Of a DNA stretch of 64,000 nt, positions 1 through 8,228 are shown piece after piece. The notes beneath the pieces are model-generated. The model worked only from the letters and a program-made list of their open reading frames with translations. It was not told the DNA's origin and ran no database searches. The position numbers and the translations under genes were made by a program. The DNA is taken from contig JBOEGA010000046.1 of the NCBI GenBank assembly GCA_050633205.1, positions 12,535 through 76,534 on the forward strand, read 5' to 3'. The DNA comes from Methyloligellaceae bacterium (GTDB lineage Bacteria; Pseudomonadota; Alphaproteobacteria; Rhizobiales; CBDHHC01). The first letter of the stretch is position 1. Each line of letters starts with the position of its first letter.

Positions 1-1171
1 TAACAAACAGGGTGGTTAAGCCAAGCAGGCTGGTGGTTGTGGTGATCAGCAGTACAGAAGCGCCCAGTTTGTGCAGCATCAGAGCGAATACGAATGGGGC
101 TGCTGCCATGCCAAGTCTTCTTGGTACAGTGAGAATTCCCTGCCTCCATCCATAGCCTTTTGAGCCGAAAAGCAGGAGCGGGACAGTTCCCATTGCTGTT
201 GTCAGGATGCCGTTTCCAACGCCATGCAACACGACAAATACGATTGCGGCGGGTGCGCCGAATATCAGGATCGAGATTGCACCGATGGGGTGGAAAAGGA
301 AGGCGAACCTTACTGCGTAGAATGGATGGAATCGTGATGACAGGAAGAGGTCCAGTGAACGGCCCAGAATCTGGGATGGTCCAAAAAGAGCTGCGGCTAT
401 GATTGCCAGTGTCGGGTCAACATGAAGTGCTGCAATAAGTCTTGGCAGGTTTGTGGATGTGCCTGCTGCCGTCAGAGAAATGAAGACGAACATGAGCGCA
501 ACCAGCGCCATTGTTATCATGTCGTTGGTTGAATGAACGGTTTCTTCCATTTCCTTAACAAGAGAAGATTTTGTCTGGGTTGTATGAGGTACATCTGACG
601 TCGGGTTCGGTAGTAACCGATAGAGTGGGAAGCATATGGTCAGGTGTAATGCTGCCCAGATGAAGCAGGTTATTCTCCAGCCAAATTTCACTTCAAGATA
701 AGCTGAAAGCGGAAAACAGATGACACTTGCCAGTCCGCCAATAAGTGTGACTCCTACCATTGCGGAGCGGGAATCCCTGCCATAGATCCGGGCGACGGTT
801 GAGAAGGCTATGTCATAGAGGCCCATAGACATTCCAAGGCCGATAAAGATCCAGCTCATGTAGAACAGATATTGATTTTCCGCCAGGCCCATTGATATCA
901 GGCCTGTTGCAATAAGCAGGCTTGAAGTGGACATAACTGTTCTGCCGCCAAACATGTCTATTTTTCTACCCATGAATGGTGAGAGTATTGCCGAGATGAC
1001 AAGCGCACCTGACAGGCAGGCATAGATGTCAGTGTCGCTGATTTTCAGGTCAGCGCTCATGGTGTCGGACAGGATTGCCGGCAGGAAAAATGTTGAACCC
1101 CAAGTGACCATCTGGGCGATGCCCAGTTTTGTTACGACTAAAAGTTTTTGATTTTTCAGGTGTCGGATCAT
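1..1171 (-). CDS. MFS-family transporter (3' end runs off the window start)
   Basis: Absent from the ORF track because no stop lies inside the window. My reverse-strand translation from the ATG (complement of 1169-1171) reads MIRHLKNQKLLVVTKLGIAQMVTWGSTFFLPAILSD... and stays open to base 1. It has many hydrophobic spans and an MFS motif-A-like loop (SPFMGRKIDMFGGR). Confidence 0.75.
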   Translation of the reverse strand, partial: MIRHLKNQKLLVVTKLGIAQMVTWGSTFFLPAILSDTMSADLKISDTDIYACLSGALVISAILSPFMGRKIDMFGGRTVMSTSSLLIATGLISMGLAENQYLFYMSWIFIGLGMSMGLYDIAFSTVARIYGRDSRSAMVGVTLIGGLASVICFPLSAYLEVKFGWRITCFIWAALHLTICFPLYRLLPNPTSDVPHTTQTKSSLVKEMEETVHSTNDMITMALVALMFVFISLTAAGTSTNLPRLIAALHVDPTLAIIAAALFGPSQILGRSLDLFLSSRFHPFYAVRFAFLFHPIGAISILIFGAPAAIVFVVLHGVGNGILTTAMGTVPLLLFGSKGYGWRQGILTVPRRLGMAAAPFVFALMLHKLGASVLLITTTTSLLGLTTLFV

Positions 1172-1589
1172 AGGGGTCTGTGCGTTAAATAAGAGAAACC
1201 CTGCATTTATTTTCTGCAGGATGTCGGATTGTCGCGCTTAGGATGGAACTAAAGTTGGTGTTCTGTCAAGTTTGGTTGTTCCGGGTTGTTGAACAATGTG
1301 GGGTGTTGGGTGGTGAATTTTTTCCTGAACCACAGGGTAACATGGGTGTTGTGAAGGGGGATAAGTTCTATTGTGATTTTGTGGTCTGATTTGATAAAAC
1401 GGCTGTTTTTGTGAAAATAAAAGTTATTCCCCTTCGGCATTGTTGCGATTTGCTCCGGAAATTACGAAATACAGTTACGTTTTGTTTGGGTTTTATGCCG
1501 TTTTAGTTACGCAGTAATCCCGTAAAGTTACCTGCCAGTCACCTGTATTCACGTTTTATTTCAGGCCGGTGTTTTTGATTTGTGAGCCG

Positions 1590-1697
1590 TGGTTGTGTTG
1601 GTTTGGTACAATGGTTGTTTTTGGTTTTGTCTGTTGAAAATGGTTGCATTTGCAATAATATTGTTTTGCTGTAGTAACACAATTACCTTCGGTGGTT
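1590..1697 (+). repeat. Cluster of six TGGTT pentamers inside a C-depleted, GT-rich spacer
   Basis: TGGTT starts at 1590, 1599, 1612, 1622, 1641 and 1693. The first four are about one helical turn apart. The surrounding plus strand (about 1250-1700) is visibly poor in C. Confidence 0.5.
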
Positions 1698-1751
1698 ACT
1701 GGGTTGCCCGATCAAGTCGGGCAATGACAGTGGAGAGGGGAGTGTGGGGGG
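1693..1751 (+). repeat. Small intergenic repeat element, copy A (TGGTTACTGG box, hairpin, ATGACA box, G-rich tail)
   Basis: TGGTTACTGG at 1693-1702. Hairpin TTGCCCGA (1704-1711) / TCGGGCAA (1717-1724). ATGACA at 1724-1729. G-rich tail gtggagaggggagtgtgggggg. The layout matches copy B at 5277-5328. Confidence 0.55.
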
Positions 1752-1897
1752 ATAGTTTGTTAGTGCATAAGGATTGTAAGACCCGTCCAGAGAAGTATAT
1801 CCTGCAGGATATCGTATTGAGGGGTTTGCATGAATTATGGGGGCGAGCTACAAGCTCTGCCCGCGAAGGAAAACCCGCCCACACAGTTCATGTCAGT

Positions 1898-2389
1898 CTA
1901 TCCCTGATGCACAATGATGCAAAAACCTTCATCATCAGTCGGCGCTTCAAAATACCGGGTAAACAAATCAAAATCTTCCTCACCAGGAGCAAAAGCATGT
2001 GCCCCTTCAGCATTCCGCTCCCGCAAACGCACCTTGCAAACCTCATCAGCTACATCAAAATAATGTAACTCTTGGCGGGCAACCGCACTCTCAGAAATGC
2101 TGCGCATCCACGCACGTGAGGCTCTCGTATTTGCCTGAAAATCCAGAACTACAGACATACCGGCCTTAAGCAGGCTCACAACATGTTCACCAACAACATC
2201 TCTTATGCGCTTGGAACATCGCACAAAATCCTCCAGCGAATGAACCTCTTCCGGATACAGTTTCGATAACCAGATATCTTCGCTAATCAGAATATGCGAA
2301 GGCTTAAGTGACACGCTTTTGGCAAATGTAGATTTACCTGATGCAATCTTCCCGCACATCAGATACAGAACAGGCTCGGAAACAGACAT
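1898..2389 (-). CDS. P-loop NTPase / small kinase-like ATP-binding protein (AAA_33-like)
   Basis: 163-aa ORF with an N-terminal Walker A motif (LMCGKIASGKST). Size and layout are typical of small P-loop kinases. Confidence 0.6.
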   Translation of the reverse strand: MSVSEPVLYLMCGKIASGKSTFAKSVSLKPSHILISEDIWLSKLYPEEVHSLEDFVRCSKRIRDVVGEHVVSLLKAGMSVVLDFQANTRASRAWMRSISESAVARQELHYFDVADEVCKVRLRERNAEGAHAFAPGEEDFDLFTRYFEAPTDDEGFCIIVHQG

Positions 2390-2650
2390 ATTTATCTCTC
2401 CGTTAAGAAAATTCTTTTATAGGAAACAGGTTTTAACCCCCGGCCTGAAAGTCAGACCGGGCAGATAATTCGAGAAATATTATCTTCGATAAGAAGGGAA
2501 TCTGTTAGAGCTCTCTTTGTCATCCTCAATGATATAACACATACAATGTAAACAATAAATATTAGGTCCCCCTTCATACAACATTAACCAACCCCGCTAA
2601 ACCAACCTTCATCCAAACATGAAATAATGGACTATTATCCGGGGTAAAGC

Positions 2651-4666
2651 GTGTTGGAAATCATGGGCATCTCAAAAAAATGGTCTGAGAGCAGAAAGAA
2701 GATTTACGCTTTCCTGGACATACTCATGGATGTCCGCATAGATGAAGCCAGAAATGTCGCAGAACCGGCTAATACGGTAGCACTGTTGAATACATCAAGT
2801 GCTGTCATCCTCACTATTGCAACCTGGGAAGAGCTAAACAGAACATTTCTTATCTCCTGGCTGGCATGCTCGATATTTATATTTTTCTTTATTTGCAACT
2901 ATAATCGAAGATATATCAATAAGCTGACGGAAAAATACCTTACTCCTGGAAATATTATAAAGCTCACCATCCTAATATCTTTGATTGCTGTGCCCTGGAC
3001 AGTTATAGCTTATCCTATTTTAGGATCCGGAAGCCTTCGAAACAGCCTGCTTATTTTTTCTATAAGCATCGGCGCTGCGTCCGGTGGATGCTTCATGTTA
3101 TTCCGCATACCTCTTGCTGCATTTTTATATATTTTTGTTGCTGTGCAAGGCATTGGGGTGACGATTGTCCTGAAACATTTCGATGACCTCTGGCCAATAT
3201 TTTTCTGTGCCATCGGATATAGTATCTTTCTTATGATCGCAGTTATTTTATCCTGGCGCGTAGCAAGAGAGAGTGAAAACAACTTCATCCGGGCTTCCAA
3301 AGCAAATAAAAAACTGAGAAAGGCAAATAACGAAATCAGACAGATGGCCAGCCACGATTCTTTAACTGGTTTATTGAATAGAAAAGCATTTATAGAAAAA
3401 CTGGAACGGCGAATTGCCCAAAAAGGGAAAGAACCATTCGCTGTCTTTCTCCTGGATCTTTATCGCTTCAAAAACATCAATGACAGCATCGGACATGGCG
3501 CTGGTGATATGCTCCTCAAAATAATATCGGAACGACTGCAAAATGCCGTTACGCATAACGATATAATTGCCCGTTTTGGAGGAGATGAATTTGCCCTGAT
3601 AATTGAAATCAGCAACCACTCCAGCCAGGCCACAGATATAGCAGATAAAATACTGGCAGGTCTGAACAGGTCAGTAACAATAGAACGCTCTGTAATTCAC
3701 CCCAATGCAAGCATTGGAATAGCTTTTTTCCCAAATCAGTCAGAAACCGCAGAAGAGTTTATCAGCCAGGCCGATATGGCACTCCATCACGCAAAGGAAA
3801 ATGGCAGAGGGCAGTATCAGCTTTATAGTGGGGAAATGGCAGCCTATCTTGAGCATGCTGATAAAATAGAAAATACTCTGAGAGAGGCTATAGATGCAGG
3901 CAGAATAGAAGTCTGGTACCAGCCCAAAATTGACCTGAAAACCCAATCCATAGCCGGTGCTGAAGCTTTGTTAAGGTGCTTTGATACTCGGGGTAATATC
4001 ATCCCCACTGAGGAAATTCTCAATATAGCTGGAGATCGTGGAATAATCCCTCAGATAAGCAAAACAGTATTTGAAAAAATCAAAACCGACATCAAAAGCT
4101 GGCGCACTCAAAATGTAAAAATTGTACCAATTGCAATAAATATACACGACTTTGACTTAAAAACATCAGATTGGCTCATAAGCCAACTCAAAGACATGCT
4201 CAATGATGGTATCGATAAAAGCGATATCCAGCTTGAAGTTACAGAAGGCTGTTTCGTTGGTCGGGGATCTGATGCTGCTGCAGCTGCATTGGATATGATA
4301 GATGAAATGGGTATCAGGCTTTCACTGGATGACTTTGGTACAGGACATGCTGCACTATCTCATCTGAAAAGACTTCCCGTAAGTGAAATTAAAATAGATC
4401 AGGAATTTATAAAAGGTATCAATCAAAACGCCAGCGATGAAGCAATCACTTATGCAGCGGTTGAAATTGCCAGACGTATGGGAATTACCTGTGTTGCAGA
4501 AGGTGTCGAGAAAAAAGAGCAACTGGAACTCCTCGAAAGTCTTCTTCAGGATGGCACAACAATAATCGGTCAGGGCCACTACTGGGCCCCGCCAATGTCG
4601 GTAAACGACTTCATTAGCTTCATCGAGAGTTGGCAGCAATCAGATACACACAGCGAGGTTGGATAG
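2651..4666 (+). CDS. Membrane-anchored GGDEF-EAL protein (diguanylate cyclase/phosphodiesterase)
   Basis: 671 aa with a GTG start. The N-terminal third is multi-TM. GGDEF motifs are intact (RFGGDEFALI). EAL motifs are intact (GAEALLR, EVTE, DDFGTG, KID, AEGVE, GQG). Confidence 0.9.
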   Translation: MLEIMGISKKWSESRKKIYAFLDILMDVRIDEARNVAEPANTVALLNTSSAVILTIATWEELNRTFLISWLACSIFIFFFICNYNRRYINKLTEKYLTPGNIIKLTILISLIAVPWTVIAYPILGSGSLRNSLLIFSISIGAASGGCFMLFRIPLAAFLYIFVAVQGIGVTIVLKHFDDLWPIFFCAIGYSIFLMIAVILSWRVARESENNFIRASKANKKLRKANNEIRQMASHDSLTGLLNRKAFIEKLERRIAQKGKEPFAVFLLDLYRFKNINDSIGHGAGDMLLKIISERLQNAVTHNDIIARFGGDEFALIIEISNHSSQATDIADKILAGLNRSVTIERSVIHPNASIGIAFFPNQSETAEEFISQADMALHHAKENGRGQYQLYSGEMAAYLEHADKIENTLREAIDAGRIEVWYQPKIDLKTQSIAGAEALLRCFDTRGNIIPTEEILNIAGDRGIIPQISKTVFEKIKTDIKSWRTQNVKIVPIAINIHDFDLKTSDWLISQLKDMLNDGIDKSDIQLEVTEGCFVGRGSDAAAAALDMIDEMGIRLSLDDFGTGHAALSHLKRLPVSEIKIDQEFIKGINQNASDEAITYAAVEIARRMGITCVAEGVEKKEQLELLESLLQDGTTIIGQGHYWAPPMSVNDFISFIESWQQSDTHSEVG

Positions 4667-4787
4667 GGCATTTCCAACAACACTGATACGCAGAGCTATG
4701 TGGTTCGGCATTCTTGGCGACCAGCACCAAATTCAATTTCCGAAGAATCGTTTGCAAGAACTGTGGGAGCGAGTTACAATCTCTGCC

Positions 4788-5135
4788 TCACGGATGGGGT
4801 GCCGGGAAGCCGTGTCTTTCTGAGAGGGCAGTCAGGATTTTGTCTTTGTCTGCAATGAAAGGCTGGCCTGCGTGTGTTCCGGTTTGATGGGAGAAGGTTT
4901 CTTTGTTGGCGAGAAGTAGTAGTGGTACTGACTGGTTGTCTTCGCCGACAACCTCGATCAGCTCGTGTCGTGGGCGGGGCCAGGCGATACGTTTAACTTC
5001 GAGGCGCGTGGCAAGTTCCGGGAATGAGGCCAGGACTCCTTCCAGCAAGGCGCAGTGCCAGCAATAAAACCGCTGGCCAGGATAGGCGGGATCTTCAAAG
5101 TCTGGTTGCAAAAGATAAAGTCTATCGCGCTGCAT
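4788..5135 (-). CDS. Small conserved protein, DUF3088-like
   Basis: 115-aa ORF (MQRDRLYLLQPDFEDPAYPGQRFYCWHCALLEGVLASFPEL...). It resembles my recollection of the DUF3088 family. The family assignment is from memory only. Confidence 0.5.
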   Translation of the reverse strand: MQRDRLYLLQPDFEDPAYPGQRFYCWHCALLEGVLASFPELATRLEVKRIAWPRPRHELIEVVGEDNQSVPLLLLANKETFSHQTGTHAGQPFIADKDKILTALSERHGFPAPHP

Positions 5136-5276
5136 GAATTCCTCCGGGTTTTATAGAAACTGATGCACAAGCTATTGGGGTCAGGGTCTTTTTCTATCGC
5201 ATGTACTGTCACTATAATCGGGGCGGGGCTCGAAGTCTGTAAATAATAGGTGGCAACTTAAAACAACAGGTTCATG

Positions 5277-5328
5277 TGGTTACTGGATACCTGCCTGCGC
5301 AGGTATGACAAGGGTAGTGGGGGGGGGG
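5277..5328 (+). repeat. Small intergenic repeat element, copy B, ending in a G10 homopolymer
   Basis: TGGTTACTGG at 5277-5286. Hairpin ATACCTGC (5287-5294) / GCAGGTAT (5299-5306). ATGACA at 5305-5310. Tail agggtagt followed by G10 (5319-5328). Confidence 0.55.
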
Positions 5329-5448
5329 CTTGCTTTTATGATTAATTTTTATTGTTTTTCATTAAATTTCTTTTTGCCATAAAAAGTTCCAAGGAAATCT
5401 GTAGTTGTCACGTCTTATATATAAACAAGGTATGGCAGATGGTAGATC

Positions 5449-6000
5449 GTGGCTAAAGAAGAGCAGGAAGAGCAGCGTCTTATCGAGCGAGCGGTTAGCG
5501 GAGACCGGGCGGCTTTTGGTGCGCTTGTGGGGATATTTTATCCTCGTATTTTTCGTATTGCCTATAAGTGGTGTGGTAACAAAATGGATGCCGAAGATAT
5601 CGCGCAGGATGTTTGTATCAAGCTTGGTTCTGCTATCCGGAAGTTTGAAGGGAATGCCAGTTTTTCGTCCTGGGTTTACCGGATAACGCTTAATACTGTT
5701 CGGGATTTGCAGCGGTCCAATAAGAGCCATGAGAACAAGGTATCTGCTATGGCTCTGGTGTCGGAGGAGGTTTTTGCTGCGGATCAGGAAAGCGAACTGA
5801 CGCGAAGTCAGGTCTGGCAGCGGGTGACGCAATTGCCGGACAAGCAGCGGGAGGCTGTGTTTCTGATTCATGCAGAAGGGTTAAGTCATAAGGAAGCTTC
5901 GGATGTTATGGAGTGTTCCGAGAGTACAGTGTCCTGGTATATTCATGAGGCCAAGAAACAGTTGAAGTCTTTGCTGGGCGCGGATCAGGTGGCGATATGA
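5449..6000 (+). CDS. ECF-type RNA polymerase sigma-70 family factor
   Basis: 183 aa with a GTG start. Region 2 (DAEDIAQDVCIKL...SFSSWVYRITLN) and region 4 (LPDKQREAVFLIHAEGLSHKEASDVMECSESTVSWYIHEAKKQL) are recognisable. Confidence 0.9.
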   Translation: MAKEEQEEQRLIERAVSGDRAAFGALVGIFYPRIFRIAYKWCGNKMDAEDIAQDVCIKLGSAIRKFEGNASFSSWVYRITLNTVRDLQRSNKSHENKVSAMALVSEEVFAADQESELTRSQVWQRVTQLPDKQREAVFLIHAEGLSHKEASDVMECSESTVSWYIHEAKKQLKSLLGADQVAI

Positions 6001-8174
6001 ATGAGAACGAACTGGATATCCTGAAAGAGATGGAGACTGTTGAACCTTCCGAGCAAGCGCGCGAGAAGGCTATTTATGCTGCCATGATGGCATTTGATGA
6101 AGCTGCAAAAGAAAATACCTCAGAAAGTAAAAAAAGTTTCCAAGGAATATTGTCGCCGCTGCGTCTTCTAATCAACGGACTGGAAAAAACAGGAGAGTTG
6201 ATTATGAGGAAACGTATTTTGGCTGGGGCGATGGCTTCGGTTGTTGTTGCTGTGCCGGTTGCGCTGGTTATGTTTCAGAGTGAAGTCGTTTTTGATAAAG
6301 GTGCAAATACAATATCATCTAATGATGCAGCACCAAATACTACGAAAAAAGATGACAAGTCTAAAGGATTTGCTAGTGGGGGTGGGCTTTCATCAATGAT
6401 CAAGCCTGGCCAGAAACATGAAGTTACAACAGGACAGCAAGCCGGAAGAAAAAAAGTGCCAGTTGAATTAAAACCTCAGGATATTGTTGTGGCCAAAGAT
6501 AAGGCCCGAGCGCAAAGAGGAGCTGCTGTCGAAGACAGGGCAGATGGAATAGTTCGGCAATCGCTTTCGAAACCAGCCCCGAAAAAAGAAATCAAAGCTT
6601 TTGCTCCGGCGGTGGTTCAGGAACGTTCAAGGAAGAAGCATTCGTATCTAACAGCAAGCGAGACGTCTGCACCTCAACATTTTGGAGGTTCGATTGGTGG
6701 GGATATTGAAGAGGAAGTTGACGACAGAGCCGAAGTAAAGAATCGTGACAGGTTTTCTCAGGTAAAAGATCAATCTGTTGTTTCTGTTGGTGAGAAGCCT
6801 GTTTCTACATTTTCTATTGATGTTGATACGTCGTCCTATTCGTTTATGAGGCGTACGCTTAATGGTGGGCGGATGCCGCGTAAGGACAGTATCCGGGTTG
6901 AGGAACTGATTAATTATTTCAAGTATGATTATCAGCGTCCGGAGACTGCTGAGGTTCCGTTTAAGGCAAATGTTGCGGTTTATCCTACACCGTGGAACAA
7001 GAATACCAAGTTGCTGCATATCGGGATTAAAGGACATGATATTGTTCATGCAACCAAGCCTCGTTCAAACCTTGTGTTTCTGATTGATGTGTCAGGATCT
7101 ATGGGGCAGAAGGACAAGCTTCCACTGTTGAAGAGTGCGTTTAAGATATTTGTGAACAAGCTTGATAAGGAAGACAGGGTAGCGATTGTTGTTTATGCAG
7201 GCAGGTCAGCGACTGTTCTTGAGCCTACCAGGGTTGCTGACAAGGGTAAGATATTGAGTGCGCTGAATGGGTTGAATTCCGGTGGTTCTACTGCTGGAGC
7301 ACAAGGTATTCAGAAGGCCTATGCGCTGGCGCGCAAGCATTTTGACAAGGATGGTGTTAACCGGGTCATTCTTGCGACTGATGGTGATTTCAATGTTGGT
7401 ATGACGGGCAATGATGACCTGAAGACCTATATTGAGAAGCAGCGCAAGAGCGGTATTTTTCTGTCGATCCTCGGGTTTGGGCAGGGGAATTATAATGACT
7501 CTCTTATGCAGGTTCTTGCGCAGAATGGTAATGGTACGGCCGCCTATATTGACAGCCTGAAGGAAGCGCAAAAGGTGCTTGTTGATGAGGCGAGTTCGAC
7601 TTTGTTTACTATTGCCAAGGATGTGAAAATTCAGGTTGAGTTTAATCCGGCCCAGGTTTCGGAATATCGCCTGATTGGTTATGAGACACGTGCTCTGAAG
7701 CGTGAGGATTTTAACAATGACAAGGTTGATGCCGGGGATATCGGGTCTGGCCATACGGTGACCGTAATTTATGAGATTGTGCCTGCTGGTGCTCCATCAT
7801 TGCGGTTTGACAAACTGCGTTATGGTGCAAAGAAAGATGAGGCTCAATCTGAAGGTGAGAAAAAATCCGGTGAGTATGCGTTTTTGAAAATGCGTTACAA
7901 GTTGCCAAAGGAAGACAAGAGCAAGCTGGTTACTTTTCCAATTACCAGTGAGCATGAGAAGAAAGAGGTTGCGGAAGTTTCTGCTGATATGAGGTTTGCA
8001 GCGAGTGTTGCAGCTTTTGGTCAGAAGCTTCGTGATAACAGGTTTTTGTCTGATTATAGTTTCGATGATATTCGCAAGCTTGCTGCTGGTTCGCGTGGTG
8101 AGGATGCTTATGGATATCGGAGTGAGTTTCTCGGGCTGGTAGGGCTGGCAAAGTCGCTGGAAAAGTCTGAGTAG
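5997..8174 (+). CDS. Membrane anti-sigma-like protein with an extracytoplasmic YfbK-like VWA domain
   Basis: 725 aa. The start overlaps the sigma stop (ATGA at 5997-6000). It has a short N-terminal cytoplasmic segment, one TM (ILAGAMASVVVAVPVALVMF) and a K/A/P-rich linker. The conserved pre-VWA region is STFSIDVDTSSYSFMRRTLNGGRMP...EELINYF. The VWA domain has a MIDAS DVSGS (7086-7100). A long C-terminal region resembles DUF3520. Confidence 0.8.
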   Translation: MNENELDILKEMETVEPSEQAREKAIYAAMMAFDEAAKENTSESKKSFQGILSPLRLLINGLEKTGELIMRKRILAGAMASVVVAVPVALVMFQSEVVFDKGANTISSNDAAPNTTKKDDKSKGFASGGGLSSMIKPGQKHEVTTGQQAGRKKVPVELKPQDIVVAKDKARAQRGAAVEDRADGIVRQSLSKPAPKKEIKAFAPAVVQERSRKKHSYLTASETSAPQHFGGSIGGDIEEEVDDRAEVKNRDRFSQVKDQSVVSVGEKPVSTFSIDVDTSSYSFMRRTLNGGRMPRKDSIRVEELINYFKYDYQRPETAEVPFKANVAVYPTPWNKNTKLLHIGIKGHDIVHATKPRSNLVFLIDVSGSMGQKDKLPLLKSAFKIFVNKLDKEDRVAIVVYAGRSATVLEPTRVADKGKILSALNGLNSGGSTAGAQGIQKAYALARKHFDKDGVNRVILATDGDFNVGMTGNDDLKTYIEKQRKSGIFLSILGFGQGNYNDSLMQVLAQNGNGTAAYIDSLKEAQKVLVDEASSTLFTIAKDVKIQVEFNPAQVSEYRLIGYETRALKREDFNNDKVDAGDIGSGHTVTVIYEIVPAGAPSLRFDKLRYGAKKDEAQSEGEKKSGEYAFLKMRYKLPKEDKSKLVTFPITSEHEKKEVAEVSADMRFAASVAAFGQKLRDNRFLSDYSFDDIRKLAAGSRGEDAYGYRSEFLGLVGLAKSLEKSE

Positions 8175-8190
8175 TAAGCTGCAAGTGGAG

Positions 8191-8228
8191 CTGCAGGCGG
8201 GGGGCGTGATTTATTGCGTCCCCTGCAG
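8191..8228. terminator. Imperfect hairpin between convergent genes
   Basis: CTGCAGG (8191-8197) pairs with CCTGCAG (8222-8228), plus a few inner G-C pairs. It overlaps the last codons of the minus-strand GGDEF-EAL gene. There is no clear T-tract. Confidence 0.35.

Noticed and set aside
160-402. Plus-strand ORFs 160-402 and 1589-2068, and minus-strand ORF 1249-1440.
   Set aside because: 160-402 lies antisense inside the MFS gene. 1589-2068 runs through GT-rich non-coding DNA into the antisense of the P-loop gene. 1249-1440 has no motif, no SD, and lies in skewed low-complexity sequence.
5385-5420. Candidate autoregulated ECF promoter (GGAAAT ... CGTCT) just upstream of the sigma gene.
   Set aside because: The two elements are only about 12 nt apart, whereas ECF promoters normally have about 16-17 nt between the -35 AAC and the -10 CGT. 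The match is too weak to report as a feature.
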